From NCBI GenBank assembly GCA_949297185.1, contig CASFRM010000004.1, forward strand, positions 8,866-72,865: 64,000 bases of DNA, written 5' to 3'. The number at the start of each line of letters is the position of its first letter. The stretch's first letter is position 1. Of the stretch, positions 21,807-32,474 are shown one piece after another. The notes below the pieces were generated by a model, which was not told where the DNA came from, made no database searches, and saw only the letters and a program-made list of their open reading frames with translations. The stretch comes from an uncultured Pseudomonadota bacterium (GTDB taxonomy: Bacteria; Pseudomonadota; Alphaproteobacteria; RF32; CAG-239). A program made the position numbers and the translations under genes.

Positions 21807-22316
21807 TTATTCAGCGTCTTTTTTCTCAGTTTTTTTAGATTTCTTTTCTGCTTTCTTTTCTTCTTTAGCAACTTCTGCGTTAGCTTCTTTCTCAGCAGCT
21901 TCTAAAGCAGCCTTTTCAGCAGCAACTCTAGCCAAATCTTTCAAACCTTTGGCATTAACATCGCGATCAACCAATTCAACGATAGCCATCTCAGCACAAT
22001 CGCCATAACGGTAACCGGCACGCAATACTCTGGTATAACCACCGTTACGATTTTTGTATCTTTCGGCCAAAGTAGAGAACAACTTAGCTACAACTTCGTT
22101 GTCACGCAAGAAAGCCAATGCCTGACGACGATTGTTCAACTGACCTTTTTTACCCAAAGTAATCATGTTATCAACAAAAGTTCTCAATTCTTTAGCTCTG
22201 GGCAAAGTAACTTTAATCTGTTCATGGGTCAAAACAGCTGCAGTCAAGTTAGAATACAAAGCTCTGCGAGCATTGGTGTCCATGTTAAGTTTTCTGTGTT
22301 TCATTCCATGTCTCAT
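21807..22316 (-). CDS. rplQ: 50S ribosomal protein L17 with a K/E/A-rich C-terminal extension
   Basis: [24 protein letters not shown]...[15 protein letters not shown] is a typical L17 core. The added tail is ..[30 protein letters not shown]. Confidence 0.9.
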   Translation of the reverse strand: MRHGMKHRKLNMDTNARRALYSNLTAAVLTHEQIKVTLPRAKELRTFVDNMITLGKKGQLNNRRQALAFLRDNEVVAKLFSTLAERYKNRNGGYTRVLRAGYRYGDCAEMAIVELVDRDVNAKGLKDLARVAAEKAALEAAEKEANAEVAKEEKKAEKKSKKTEKKDAE

Positions 22317-22442
22317 GGCATTTTCCTTTCAAATTTCTGTGGCCTGACGGGCAGACCGGATAAAACTCTACAAGCGGATACTACCTTCATACATACCCGC
22401 ACTCCTCAAGAAAGCCCTTTCCGACTCTCACAAGTTGATGGC

Positions 22443-22471
22443 AACATAAACAATATTTTCTTTAAATGCAA
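22443..22471 (-). promoter_or_regulatory. Candidate sigma70-type promoter for the solitary rplQ
   Basis: Minus strand reads TTGCAT (22466-22471), a 17-nt spacer, then TATGTT (22443-22448). It lies just downstream of the galU-like terminator and leaves a ~120-nt leader. Confidence 0.45.
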
Positions 22472-22482
22472 GCATTTTTTAC

Positions 22483-22522
22483 ACAAAAAAGAGAGTACCG
22501 CCTACAATAGACGATACTCTCT
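22483..22522 (-). terminator. Terminator of the galU-like gene
   Basis: 8-bp stem AGAGAGTA/TACTCTCT (22490-22497 with 22515-22522) with a 17-nt loop. The minus strand follows with TTTTTTGT. Confidence 0.5.
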
Positions 22523-22538
22523 TCAACTTTTAGCAACC

Positions 22539-23426
22539 TTATACCAATATGGTATTGAGCAAATCAGCGCAATATGCTCGCAACTCAGGATCTTCCATCA
22601 AAGACAGCTTAAGATTAGACTTTGCCAAATCTCTGTTTGTTCCGCAATCAAATCTTGTTGCCTCACACAAAACACCGGTAAGTTTCATACCTCTTTCGGC
22701 AGCCAATCCCATTGCATCGGCCAAGTTAATTTCACCATTATTTCCTTTTTTAACTTCAGGCAAAATATCCATGATTTCATTAGGCAAAATGTATGGACCC
22801 ATGCTGGCATAATTAGACGGAACATCTTCCAATGCGGGTTTCTCAATTTTGCCCTTTGCATGAACGATTCTACCTTCTCTTACCGCACCTGACAAGACAC
22901 CATAACGCACTAATTGCTCACGAGGCAATTCCATAATATTCTCAACCATACCGCCTTCTTTTTCATAAACCTCCAAAAGCTGTGATAAGATTCCGGCGCC
23001 ATGGAAATTAATATACACATCATCTGGCCACATAACAACAAAATCTCTATCACCAACGATTTCTTTGGACATCAATATAGCGTGTCCATTGCCCAATGGC
23101 TCTTTTTGTTCGGCAAAAGAAAATTTCATTCCTTGAGGAATTACCGCCAATAAATCTTGCAAAATTTCAAGCTTATTTTTTTCTTTAAGATGCTGCTCCA
23201 ACCATGGACACGGTGCAAAGTATTTCTCAAACAAATCCTTGCAAGACTGATCACTGTAAATAAAAACAATCTCTTTGATTCCAATCTCTGCACAAGCATT
23301 AACCGCATATTGAATAATAGGCTTGTTATGCAAAGTTAAGAACCCCTTATGCAAGACTTTAGTTGCAGGCAAGTTTCTGGTAGACAAACCGGCTACCGGC
23401 AAAATACATACTTCAGGTCTTTTCAT
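22539..23426 (-). CDS. galU: UTP--glucose-1-phosphate uridylyltransferase-like nucleotidyltransferase
   Basis: N-terminal ILPVAGLSTRNLPATK...KPIIQYAVNAC resembles the GalU signature PVAGLGTRxLPATK...KPLIQY. The sequence is divergent, so sugar specificity is uncertain. Confidence 0.65.
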   Translation of the reverse strand: MKRPEVCILPVAGLSTRNLPATKVLHKGFLTLHNKPIIQYAVNACAEIGIKEIVFIYSDQSCKDLFEKYFAPCPWLEQHLKEKNKLEILQDLLAVIPQGMKFSFAEQKEPLGNGHAILMSKEIVGDRDFVVMWPDDVYINFHGAGILSQLLEVYEKEGGMVENIMELPREQLVRYGVLSGAVREGRIVHAKGKIEKPALEDVPSNYASMGPYILPNEIMDILPEVKKGNNGEINLADAMGLAAERGMKLTGVLCEATRFDCGTNRDLAKSNLKLSLMEDPELRAYCADLLNTILV

Positions 23427-23503
23427 TGTAAATAAACTCCGAATAATAAGGTTAATTTCATGCCCTTATATATAACACAAAAAACCTATTCCTCAAGCTA
23501 TTT

Positions 23504-26500
23504 TCATCGACTATTCCGACCTTTTTTTATAATATTTTCTTTTCTCATGTTTTTTGTTTGCGGAACATCAGCCTTTTCTCTTGAAAAATCAAGTACTTTC
23601 ACCTCTTCATTGCTTATTTGTTCCCTAACTTCTTTTATATCTTCCAAATCTCTTGTAACGGTATAAGTCTGACCGGTTTTTTTAACACTTATACTGCCGG
23701 TATTTTCTTTTAGTATTCTTTCATCTTCTTTTTTCTGCACTTCTTCATAATATTTTTGCTCAGCCGCCTTAATTTTAGGCTCGACATAATCATCCAACTT
23801 TTTAATTTTCTCATTAATTTCTTCAACACCGCTTTGCATCTGCTTAAAGACACCAACTAATTCTTCATTGCGTTTTTGCAAATCAACGCTAGACACCTTA
23901 TTTTTATCAAAATTTTGGTTATTCTGTGTATCTTCATTCAACTTTTCTAAATTTTTAACGGCATTGTCTATATCTTGTTTAAGCATAACAAACTGTGTGT
24001 CATTATCAGTTTTGTATTCGCTCAAAGATTTGCTTAATCTTTCATTATAGGCATCAAGTTTTGCATTATAACCAAACAAGACCTGTTTTAGCGCATTATG
24101 AACTTCAACAACTTTTGCATACTCTTTGTCATTTTGCTTTAACAAATCCGCCTTATAAATTTCATCCCGACGGCCCGAGTAAATTTCAATCTGTTTTATT
24201 GCCTTTTGATTAGCTGCCTTTAATTTTTCCACAGTGTTGCTGTCAAATTTTTCATTTTCCGTACTATCAACTACATTAATCAATTCGGCTAAAGTATTAG
24301 CAATATCTTGTATCAGCACATTATACTTATTTACATTTTCCGGATTAATTGCTTTGCTCATTTTATCTTGTATATCTTTTTCCAATTTTTCTCTGGTACT
24401 CAACACTAAGTCATCGGCAGTTTTGCGTTGTTCGTTAACCAACCCCTTCCAATAATTCATTTCAGCCTCTACTGCCGCCTCTTTAGCTTCTTTCATTTGT
24501 TCTTCTCTGGCCTGATATAATTTAAGCAATCCGTCAATATTAATGTCCACATCAGGTTTATCCATACTGTTTTTCAGCATTACCGTAAACTCAGGTAAAT
24601 ATTTTGGTTCATTATATTTCACATTCAAGATTGCATCTAATGTCCAATCATTCAAATTTCCTTCAGCCGAAACATTTACATTTACATTGCGATTTTGCAT
24701 TAAAGTGTTAGCCAGACTGAATTTGCCATCTTCCACGATTATTCTTGACGATACTTTATCAAACAACGTATTTCCTGAAGCGACATTTGATTTTACCACC
24801 TCTGATAAGCCATCAGATTTATTACGACTTACCAAATCATTATATATTGTGCCAAGATTTATACCGCTTACATCTGCAACAGCTGCATTAAATTCAACTT
24901 TTCCTTTAAGATTATCAATAAAACTTTCTTCGCTGTCCGCTTTTGAACTCAAATCAAAACGAGTACTAAATTTACCGCTCCTTATTCCAAAGACTTTTCC
25001 TCCTAAAGTAAAATTCTCCGCCTTTGCTTCTGGTATACTACCACTAATTGTTACGGTAGGGTCTTTTGCCGTATACAAAGTAACTGCACCGTTCACAGGT
25101 GTTTCATTGTATGAAGCGACAAAGTTCATTACATTAATTGTATTTTCGGTTGTTTCAAAATCTGCCTTAACATTATTAAACATATGATTTTTATAAGATA
25201 ATTCAGCAATATCCAGCGAAGTTTTCAAATTAATCTTGTTATAAGGAGCATAATCAATTTTGTCTTTGCTCCAAAACGGCTTCGGCAAGAATGATATGTC
25301 CAAATTCTGTTGAGGAGCGGATATTAAAGATGTCTTTGTTTGCGGAACAAATTTATCAAGTTCTAACTTATTGATAGTCAAGTTACCGATAAAACCTAAT
25401 CTCTCACCCATTTTTTCATAATTCAGATGGCCAGAAGCAGCAGTATAACCAATATTGGTTTCCAGATTATTGATTGCTGCAGCACTAGAATTTCCTGACA
25501 AATTAAACTTTGCATTAAAAGGACCTAATGCCTTAACTGCAGGCTCGTAATCAGCACCAAATTCCGCAATCATCGTAGTAAAATCGGGGTGTTTTACCTC
25601 TATGTCAGCATTATAATCTGTACTTATATCACCTTTTACCACTGTCCCTTTATAGCTAAGTTCCAACCGCCCCAAATCAAGTTTTGTATTCAATGCCATA
25701 TTATTAAATCCACCATTAACAGCTCCGGATAAAGACATTGTACCAAACTTTTTATAATCTAATTTAGGCACATCAAAACCAAACTTATCAATAAAAGTTG
25801 CTACATTTTTACTTGAAACCAAGTATTGTAAATCAGTAACCTCTGGAGTTATTCCAAAACCGGAAACTTTACCACTCAATTCAATCGCCGTATCAGCAAC
25901 CTGCCCTATATTAAGTTTTTCTACGGTTATTGAGCCATTAAGCAAATTTCCTTTAAACTCCACCTTTTCAAAAGGTGTCGCTTCGTATATAATCAAATTG
26001 GACTTTACATCTAATATTAAATCAAAATCATTCAACATTGCCAGCTTAACAAAACGATAATTCATTCTATCGCTAAAACTTTTATTTTTCTCTTCTTCAG
26101 GCAATGAACTGATATAATTATCAAGATTCAAACTATCAGCATTAATCACTATCATCATATCTTTTCTATCGCCCAATATTATTCCGGCTTCACCGGACAG
26201 CACGCTCTTATCAAGGGTCAAATTGTACGGCGATATTTGTATTTTATCAAAATTTCCTGCAATTTTTGCTTTTGCATCCAATTTCTTATAAACCGAACTA
26301 ATAGATGTTTTAGGCGCAATACCGAGCCAGTTCAGGGTTTGCATCAAATCTTCCGATGTTGCCTCTGTATCAAACTGATAATACAACTCCCCTTCCGAAG
26401 GATAAACAACGCCCTTAGCCTTAAAATCTGTATTTCCTGGCAAAGTTATAGCAAAATTATCAATTGTCATGGTATCATCATAAAGATTGATACTTGCCTC

Positions 26501-27613
26501 CAAATTTTTCATTCCCTGCCCCTGATGCATAGCTCGCAAAGCTTTAACACTGAGTGTTATATCAGCTGGATATTCCGGCACAAAGGCTTCATCCTCATAT
26601 TTTTCCTTAAAATTATCCCACATTTTCGCTAACGGCGCTACATCAAGATCTGTAAAATTAAATTCACCGGTAACTTCTTTTGTATCATTTTTGAGAGCAA
26701 CAACATTAACTGTTCCAGCCCCTTGAGTATCACCGTATTTAATAACCATATTCGAAATTTTGGTATTTTTCGGATTTACCGCCACATCAAAACCCAAGGC
26801 TAAAGGAATATCGTTATACTCTGTAGGCACATTTACATCAGAAATATTGGCATTAATAAAATCACTTATTTTTTTTGATTCAACAATAGCGTTTCCGCTC
26901 AAAGATTTATTTGCGGTTTGGAAAGAACCGTCAAACCTGACATAACTTTCCGAAACAGGATGAGTAACAACCATATTTAAGGTTGTAGGCATTGTCTCAG
27001 ACAATTTTCCTATTGAAATTGCAAAACCTTCAGGAGAATTTCCTTTCAAATAATTTCCTTCGATTCTAAACGGGCCAAAAATGCTTTGAGCAAATACTTC
27101 ACCGTTAAGATTAGTCAGTTGCAAGCTTACATCCGATTCCGGGGCCTCAAAATTTACCGTCGCATTTTTCAAGCTGACACTGTTTAATACGGTATCTGCT
27201 TCTTCCATCATTTGTCGTTGGTCTTGTGTCAAATCATCTTGCCAACTAAAACCGTTTTCACCCCATAATATATTGATATTAACCCCATCAAGTGTCATTT
27301 TCTTTACATGGAATTCACCTTTTAACAATGGCAGCAAAGACAACTCGGCTACGATATTATTAACTTCCATCAAAGGTGTTTCATTTTTTTCTTGAGAATT
27401 ATATATTTTTGCATTGCTGGCATTAAGATACGGCGACGGCAAGATCTCAAAGCTCAAACGCCCCTCAAAATCAACTGATTTTCCGGTCAGATTGTACACT
27501 TGTTCGGCAATTTTATCTTTATGCTGATTCCAATCAATATTGGTTACATAAAGAACAAATCCGCCGGCCGCAAGCATCAAAAAAACAACTAAACCCAGAA
27601 TAAATTTTTTCAC
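23504..27613 (-). CDS. AsmA-family outer-membrane biogenesis or lipid-transfer protein with a long C-terminal coiled-coil extension
   Basis: N-terminal TM anchor KKFILGLVVFLMLAAGGFVLY followed by AsmA-like beta-rich sequence. The GTG start at 27613 is preferred (GGAGGGA RBS 7 nt upstream) over the ORF-track TTG at 27631. Confidence 0.7.
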   Translation of the reverse strand: MKKFILGLVVFLMLAAGGFVLYVTNIDWNQHKDKIAEQVYNLTGKSVDFEGRLSFEILPSPYLNASNAKIYNSQEKNETPLMEVNNIVAELSLLPLLKGEFHVKKMTLDGVNINILWGENGFSWQDDLTQDQRQMMEEADTVLNSVSLKNATVNFEAPESDVSLQLTNLNGEVFAQSIFGPFRIEGNYLKGNSPEGFAISIGKLSETMPTTLNMVVTHPVSESYVRFDGSFQTANKSLSGNAIVESKKISDFINANISDVNVPTEYNDIPLALGFDVAVNPKNTKISNMVIKYGDTQGAGTVNVVALKNDTKEVTGEFNFTDLDVAPLAKMWDNFKEKYEDEAFVPEYPADITLSVKALRAMHQGQGMKNLEASINLYDDTMTIDNFAITLPGNTDFKAKGVVYPSEGELYYQFDTEATSEDLMQTLNWLGIAPKTSISSVYKKLDAKAKIAGNFDKIQISPYNLTLDKSVLSGEAGIILGDRKDMMIVINADSLNLDNYISSLPEEEKNKSFSDRMNYRFVKLAMLNDFDLILDVKSNLIIYEATPFEKVEFKGNLLNGSITVEKLNIGQVADTAIELSGKVSGFGITPEVTDLQYLVSSKNVATFIDKFGFDVPKLDYKKFGTMSLSGAVNGGFNNMALNTKLDLGRLELSYKGTVVKGDISTDYNADIEVKHPDFTTMIAEFGADYEPAVKALGPFNAKFNLSGNSSAAAINNLETNIGYTAASGHLNYEKMGERLGFIGNLTINKLELDKFVPQTKTSLISAPQQNLDISFLPKPFWSKDKIDYAPYNKINLKTSLDIAELSYKNHMFNNVKADFETTENTINVMNFVASYNETPVNGAVTLYTAKDPTVTISGSIPEAKAENFTLGGKVFGIRSGKFSTRFDLSSKADSEESFIDNLKGKVEFNAAVADVSGINLGTIYNDLVSRNKSDGLSEVVKSNVASGNTLFDKVSSRIIVEDGKFSLANTLMQNRNVNVNVSAEGNLNDWTLDAILNVKYNEPKYLPEFTVMLKNSMDKPDVDINIDGLLKLYQAREEQMKEAKEAAVEAEMNYWKGLVNEQRKTADDLVLSTREKLEKDIQDKMSKAINPENVNKYNVLIQDIANTLAELINVVDSTENEKFDSNTVEKLKAANQKAIKQIEIYSGRRDEIYKADLLKQNDKEYAKVVEVHNALKQVLFGYNAKLDAYNERLSKSLSEYKTDNDTQFVMLKQDIDNAVKNLEKLNEDTQNNQNFDKNKVSSVDLQKRNEELVGVFKQMQSGVEEINEKIKKLDDYVEPKIKAAEQKYYEEVQKKEDERILKENTGSISVKKTGQTYTVTRDLEDIKEVREQISNEEVKVLDFSREKADVPQTKNMRKENIIKKGRNSR

Positions 27614-27721
27614 TTTGCCATCCCTCCGCAACTTGTTATGAGAGTGTCGATAAATATATTTTGCAATCTTTGAAATCTCCGTATATTATACATCATAAAA
27701 TTAAAAAAACATTTAATTTAT

Positions 27722-28123
27722 ATGGTTATGGACATGAAAGAACAAACAAGACTATTCGAAATGGCACAAGCTGCAGCTGTCAATGCCTATGCTCCTTATT
27801 CAAAATTTAAGGTAGGAGCGGCCATAAAAAGCAACACCGATAAATTTTACTCCGGTTGCAATGTTGAAAATATTTCTTATCCTGTCGGAACCTGTGCCGA
27901 AGCAGGAGCCATTGCGGCAATGATATGCGGCGGCGACAAAAAAATATCAGAAATACTGATATTTGCCGACAGCAAAGAATTGATAACCCCTTGCGGCGCT
28001 TGCCGGCAAAGAATTGCCGAATTTGGCGATAACGATACATTAATTCATCTGGCCACTAAAAACGGCATTCAAAAAAGCTATAAGATTGCCGAGTTGTTGC
28101 CCTCAGGTTTTGCGGAGTTTTAG
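27722..28123 (+). CDS. cdd: Cytidine deaminase
   Basis: Zinc-ligand motifs CAEAGAI and PCGACRQ. About 130 aa, homotetrameric type. Confidence 0.9.
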   Translation: MVMDMKEQTRLFEMAQAAAVNAYAPYSKFKVGAAIKSNTDKFYSGCNVENISYPVGTCAEAGAIAAMICGGDKKISEILIFADSKELITPCGACRQRIAEFGDNDTLIHLATKNGIQKSYKIAELLPSGFAEF

Positions 28124-28125
28124 AC

Positions 28126-28941
28126 ATGAAAGAGCTTTGTTATTCTTTTTGCGAACAAATAAAAAGCAAGCTTGCCGGTTTTACCCCCGAAATTGCTGTT
28201 ATTTTGGGTTCTGGACTTGGTGATATTGCAAACAACATTCAAAATCCGATAGTTATAAATTACGCAGACATCAAAGACTTTCCTCAAAGCAGTGTCAGTG
28301 GACACCAAGGACGCTTTATTGCCGGAATTCTGCACGGCAAAAAAGTTTTATGCATGCAAGGTCGTGTTCACCTGTATGAAGGGCACACACCGCAAAGTAT
28401 AAGCCAAATAATCAAAACATTTAAACTTTTGGGAATAAAAAAACTAATCGTTACCAATGCCGCCGGCTCGCTCAACCCTAAAATTGCCGCCGGTTCGTTG
28501 ATGTTAATAACCGATCACATAAACTTTAGCTTCAACAATCCTTTGATTGGAGCCAATGACGAGAATTTAGGCCCCAGATTCCCCGATATGAGCAATGCTT
28601 ATGATAAAAAGTTGCAACAACTTGCCGTCACGACCGCCAAAGAAGCCGGAATAGACCTAAAACAAGGAGTTTACCTCATGGTTTCGGGGCCCAATTTTGA
28701 AACCGCTGCCGAAGTCAGAGCTTTTGGAATTTTAGGCGCCGATGCGGTTGGAATGTCCACCGTGCCGGAGGTTATAACCGCCGCCTACTGCGGAATTGAA
28801 GTGCTTGGCTTTTCGGTAATCACCAATCTGGGAACCGGTCTGCAGGAACAATCTCAATCTCACGGCGAAACTTTGGCCATGGCTGAAAAAGCCGCTCAAA
28901 ATCTCGGCCACCTCATTAACCTCATAATCGAAAGGCTATAA
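28126..28941 (+). CDS. Purine nucleoside phosphorylase (trimeric PNP-I, inosine/guanosine type)
   Basis: GHQGRFIAGILHGKKVLCMQGRVHLYEG, NAAGSLNP, MSTVPEV. Confidence 0.9.
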   Translation: MKELCYSFCEQIKSKLAGFTPEIAVILGSGLGDIANNIQNPIVINYADIKDFPQSSVSGHQGRFIAGILHGKKVLCMQGRVHLYEGHTPQSISQIIKTFKLLGIKKLIVTNAAGSLNPKIAAGSLMLITDHINFSFNNPLIGANDENLGPRFPDMSNAYDKKLQQLAVTTAKEAGIDLKQGVYLMVSGPNFETAAEVRAFGILGADAVGMSTVPEVITAAYCGIEVLGFSVITNLGTGLQEQSQSHGETLAMAEKAAQNLGHLINLIIERL

Positions 28942-28943
28942 AA

Positions 28944-29675
28944 ATGGATGATGTAACTGCTGCAAAACTAATTATTTCCTGCCTTGATTTAACTACTCTC
29001 AACACAGATGATACCGAAGAACGGGTGCTTGATTTGTGCAAACGAGCATCAACTCCTTATGGTAAAACCGCGGCAGTTTGCATTTGGTCTCGTTTTCTTC
29101 CCTTTACTAAAAACAACTTACCTTCCGAGATAAAAAAAGCTACCGTAATAAATTTTCCCAAAGGCTTGCCCGACATATTACTTATGGAACAAGAAATTGC
29201 CAAAGCAATACAACTGGGTGCCGATGAATTAGATGTTGTGTTACCTTACCGAACCTTGTTGAGCGGCGATAATGAATTCTGCCTAAAATATTTGCAAGCA
29301 GCAAGAAAAGCCTCACAAAAGCACACCCTCAAAATTATTATCGAAAGCGGAGAACTAAAAACCGTAGACAACATCAGAAAAGCCTCGGAATTGTGCATTG
29401 AAGCCGAAGCCGATTTTATAAAAACCTCAACCGGCAAGACCGAAATATCCGCCACTCCTGAAGCCGCCAACATAATTTTAGAAACCATCAAAAAAAGCGG
29501 CAAAGATATTGGCTTTAAGGCTTCCGGCGGAATAAAAACCACCACTGATGCAAAAAAATACTTAACTCTGGCCCAATCAATAATGGGAAGTTCTTGGGTT
29601 AGCCCCAAACATTTCCGTATCGGAGCAAGCTCGGTCCTAACCGACTTAATCAATACCATAGAAAGAGGATACTAA
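28944..29675 (+). CDS. deoC: Deoxyribose-phosphate aldolase
   Basis: [13 protein letters not shown]..., Schiff-base lysine context DFIKTSTGK, and FKASGGI. Confidence 0.9.
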   Translation: MDDVTAAKLIISCLDLTTLNTDDTEERVLDLCKRASTPYGKTAAVCIWSRFLPFTKNNLPSEIKKATVINFPKGLPDILLMEQEIAKAIQLGADELDVVLPYRTLLSGDNEFCLKYLQAARKASQKHTLKIIIESGELKTVDNIRKASELCIEAEADFIKTSTGKTEISATPEAANIILETIKKSGKDIGFKASGGIKTTTDAKKYLTLAQSIMGSSWVSPKHFRIGASSVLTDLINTIERGY

Positions 29676-29676
29676 G

Positions 29677-30987
29677 ATGTTACCACAAGAAATAATCCGC
29701 AAAAAACGTGACGGAAAGGCCTTAAGTTCCGAAGAAATTAAAGAATTTATTGCCGGCGTAACCGATGGCTCCATAGTCGATGCCCAAACTGCCGCTTTAA
29801 CCATGGCCATATTTTTACAAGGCATGAGCAAAGAAGAAACCGCCGCTCTAACTTTAGCCATGAGAGATTCCGGTGATGTCCTGCAATGGCAAGAACTAGA
29901 TGCTCCCGTGGTTGACAAGCATTCATCAGGCGGTGTCGGCGATAAAATAAGCCTTATGCTGGCCCCTATGATTGCGGCTTGTGGAGCCTATGTTCCGATG
30001 ATATCTGGTCGAGGCTTGGGACACACCGGCGGCACGCTTGATAAATTTGATTCTATTGCCGGCTACCAAACCTCCCCGTCAAACGACCTGTTTCGCAAAA
30101 CCGTAAAAGAGGTTGGCTGCGCCATTATCGGCCAAACCGGAAATTTGGCACCGGCCGACAAAAAAATCTATGCTATTCGCGATGTTTGCGGCACGGTTGA
30201 ATCAATCAATTTGATTACCGCCTCAATCTTATCCAAAAAATTAGCCGCCGGTCTTGATTGCTTGGTTATGGATTTAAAATGCGGCAACGGCGCTTTTATG
30301 GATTCCCTTGACAGAGCCGAGGAACTGGCTTCGTCAATAGTAAGAGTTGCCAATACCGCCGGCACCAAAACCAAAGCCGTTATTACCGATATGAATCAGG
30401 TCTTAGGTAAAAATGTCGGTAATGCCCTAGAGGTCTACGAGGCTGTTGAATATCTAAAAGGCAAAAACAAAGACGAAAGATTACATCTCATCACCATGGA
30501 ATTGTGCGGCGAATTGTTGGTTACATCCGGTGTTTGCAAAACCCTAGCCGAAGCAAAACAAAAGCTCGAACAAGCCCTGTCCTCAGGAGCAGCCTTGGAA
30601 AAATTTGCCGCCATGGTCAAAGCCTTGGGCGGAGCCGGTGATTTTTGCGACAAGCCATGGCAATATATGCCAAAATCCGCAATCACTCGTCCGGTATTTG
30701 CCGAAACCGATGGTTATGTTTCTTCTATGGATACCCGCGGTATAGGTCTGAGCATAATTGAGCTCAAAGGCGGCAGAGTTACGCCGGAACAAAAGTTGGA
30801 TTACGCTACCGGCTACAGTGATTTTTGCCAAATCGGCGATTATGTTGACAACCAAACCCCGCTTGCCGTTATTCATGCCCAAAGCGAAGAACAATACGAG
30901 CATGCGGCACAACAACTTAAAAGCCTAATCAAAATAAGCGACAAAAAACCGGTTTTGAATAAGTGCATAATCAAAAAGGTTGCTTAA
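29677..30987 (+). CDS. deoA: Thymidine/pyrimidine-nucleoside phosphorylase
   Basis: [39 protein letters not shown]. Confidence 0.95.
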   Translation: MLPQEIIRKKRDGKALSSEEIKEFIAGVTDGSIVDAQTAALTMAIFLQGMSKEETAALTLAMRDSGDVLQWQELDAPVVDKHSSGGVGDKISLMLAPMIAACGAYVPMISGRGLGHTGGTLDKFDSIAGYQTSPSNDLFRKTVKEVGCAIIGQTGNLAPADKKIYAIRDVCGTVESINLITASILSKKLAAGLDCLVMDLKCGNGAFMDSLDRAEELASSIVRVANTAGTKTKAVITDMNQVLGKNVGNALEVYEAVEYLKGKNKDERLHLITMELCGELLVTSGVCKTLAEAKQKLEQALSSGAALEKFAAMVKALGGAGDFCDKPWQYMPKSAITRPVFAETDGYVSSMDTRGIGLSIIELKGGRVTPEQKLDYATGYSDFCQIGDYVDNQTPLAVIHAQSEEQYEHAAQQLKSLIKISDKKPVLNKCIIKKVA

Positions 30988-31009
30988 TTTAAGCAACCTT
31001 TTTCCTTTT

Positions 31010-32329
31010 TTAAGGCAACAATGGCGACCATGCCGGATCCGACGCATCTGCCGGAGTGATGATTTGTCGCTCGTTGTATCCGGTCAAATCAATAGAATAC
31101 AATTTTACCGGCGATGACGAACGTCCGTTTGGGCGGTCTTGCCTAAAATACATCAGTACACGACCGTTAGGCGACCAAGTCGGACCCTCAACCAAATATC
31201 CCGAAGCCAACAATCTCTCCCCCGAACCGTCCGGATACATCACGCCGATATAAAATTGCCCGTTAGCCATTTTAGTAAAAGCAATGTAGTCACCGCGGGG
31301 TGACCACACCGGGGTGGCATAACGACCAGTACCATAGCTTATACGATGAACATTGGAACCGTCGGCATCCATAACATACAACTGCTGATTACCGGCACGA
31401 TCAGAGTTAAAGACAATTTGCGAACCGTCGGGAGAATAGCTCGGGCTGGTATCAATGGCATTGCCATAGGTTAATCTTTTGCTTTTTCTGGTTTTCAAAT
31501 CCATTTCATATATATTGGTTTTTCCGTTTGAAGCATATGACAAAAGCACTTTTGAACTATCCGGCGAAAACCTCGGGGCAAAAGTCATACCCGGAAAATT
31601 TCCCAATACCATTTGTTGTCCGGTTTCAATATCCAAAATATAGACTCTCGGGATTCTACCGGCATAAGACATATAAGTAATTTTTTGCAAATTGGGTGAG
31701 AACCTTGGGGTTAAAGCCATATCAGCACCATTTGTCAAAAACTTATGATTTTCACCGTCCTGATCCATAATTGCCAATCTTTTGACTCTTCTTGTTGCCG
31801 GACCCGATTCCGAAACATATACTATACGAGTATCAAAATACCCTTTTTCACCGGTCAATCTTTCGTAAATTGCATCGGCAATTACATGGGCTATTCTGCG
31901 CCAATTATCCTTAGTTGTGGTATAAGACTGTCCGGCAATTTGGTTTTCGGCAAACACATCCCACAACCTGAAAGAAACTTTTAGGGTATTCTCATTAACT
32001 TGCACAATCTCGCTTTGGATTAAAGCCTGTGCTTTAATTGCCTTCCAATCTGTAAAGTTTGGTTCCTGCGACATTGAATTAAATTCTTGAATATAACTGT
32101 CTTCATCAACCACCGTAAACAAACCCGATCTTTCCAAGTCGGCCGCAACCACTTCTAAAATTCTATTTCCCTGTTGTCCGATAAAAAAGCCATCATGAAT
32201 AATCTCAGGAATAGCAATCGGCATCGGATCACGCATAGCTCCCGATACATCAATAGCCAAATCGGCTTTAGCCTGACTCGAAAACAATGCCGCAACAACA
32301 AACAAAATAGCAAAAAATCTGTTTTTCAT
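31010..32329 (-). CDS. tolB: Tol-Pal system beta-propeller protein TolB
   Basis: Signal peptide [22 protein letters not shown]. Repeated propeller motifs [43 protein letters not shown]. Start moved to the internal ATG (32329). Confidence 0.9.
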   Translation of the reverse strand: MKNRFFAILFVVAALFSSQAKADLAIDVSGAMRDPMPIAIPEIIHDGFFIGQQGNRILEVVAADLERSGLFTVVDEDSYIQEFNSMSQEPNFTDWKAIKAQALIQSEIVQVNENTLKVSFRLWDVFAENQIAGQSYTTTKDNWRRIAHVIADAIYERLTGEKGYFDTRIVYVSESGPATRRVKRLAIMDQDGENHKFLTNGADMALTPRFSPNLQKITYMSYAGRIPRVYILDIETGQQMVLGNFPGMTFAPRFSPDSSKVLLSYASNGKTNIYEMDLKTRKSKRLTYGNAIDTSPSYSPDGSQIVFNSDRAGNQQLYVMDADGSNVHRISYGTGRYATPVWSPRGDYIAFTKMANGQFYIGVMYPDGSGERLLASGYLVEGPTWSPNGRVLMYFRQDRPNGRSSSPVKLYSIDLTGYNERQIITPADASDPAWSPLLP

Positions 32330-32474
32330 ATTATTTACCCTAAAAAAACAAAATACCATTGTCGGCCATAATACATTATGTTAGTGAAAAATCCCTTAAC
32401 GGCGACACAATTTTTAATAAGTTTCTTGACTAATCAAACTTTTGCTTTACTGTTAGAAGCGAAAGGACGAGCTT

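Noticed and set aside
22224-22892. 222-aa + strand ORF spanning the rplQ start, the intergenic region and part of the galU-like gene
   Set aside because: It crosses a terminator and a promoter of the opposite strand, overlaps two supported genes, and has no recognisable motifs.
24543-25187. 214-aa + strand ORF, plus several 60-130 aa ORFs, antisense in the AsmA-like gene
   Set aside because: They are antisense shadows within a continuous 1,370-aa ORF and have low-complexity S/F/L-rich composition.
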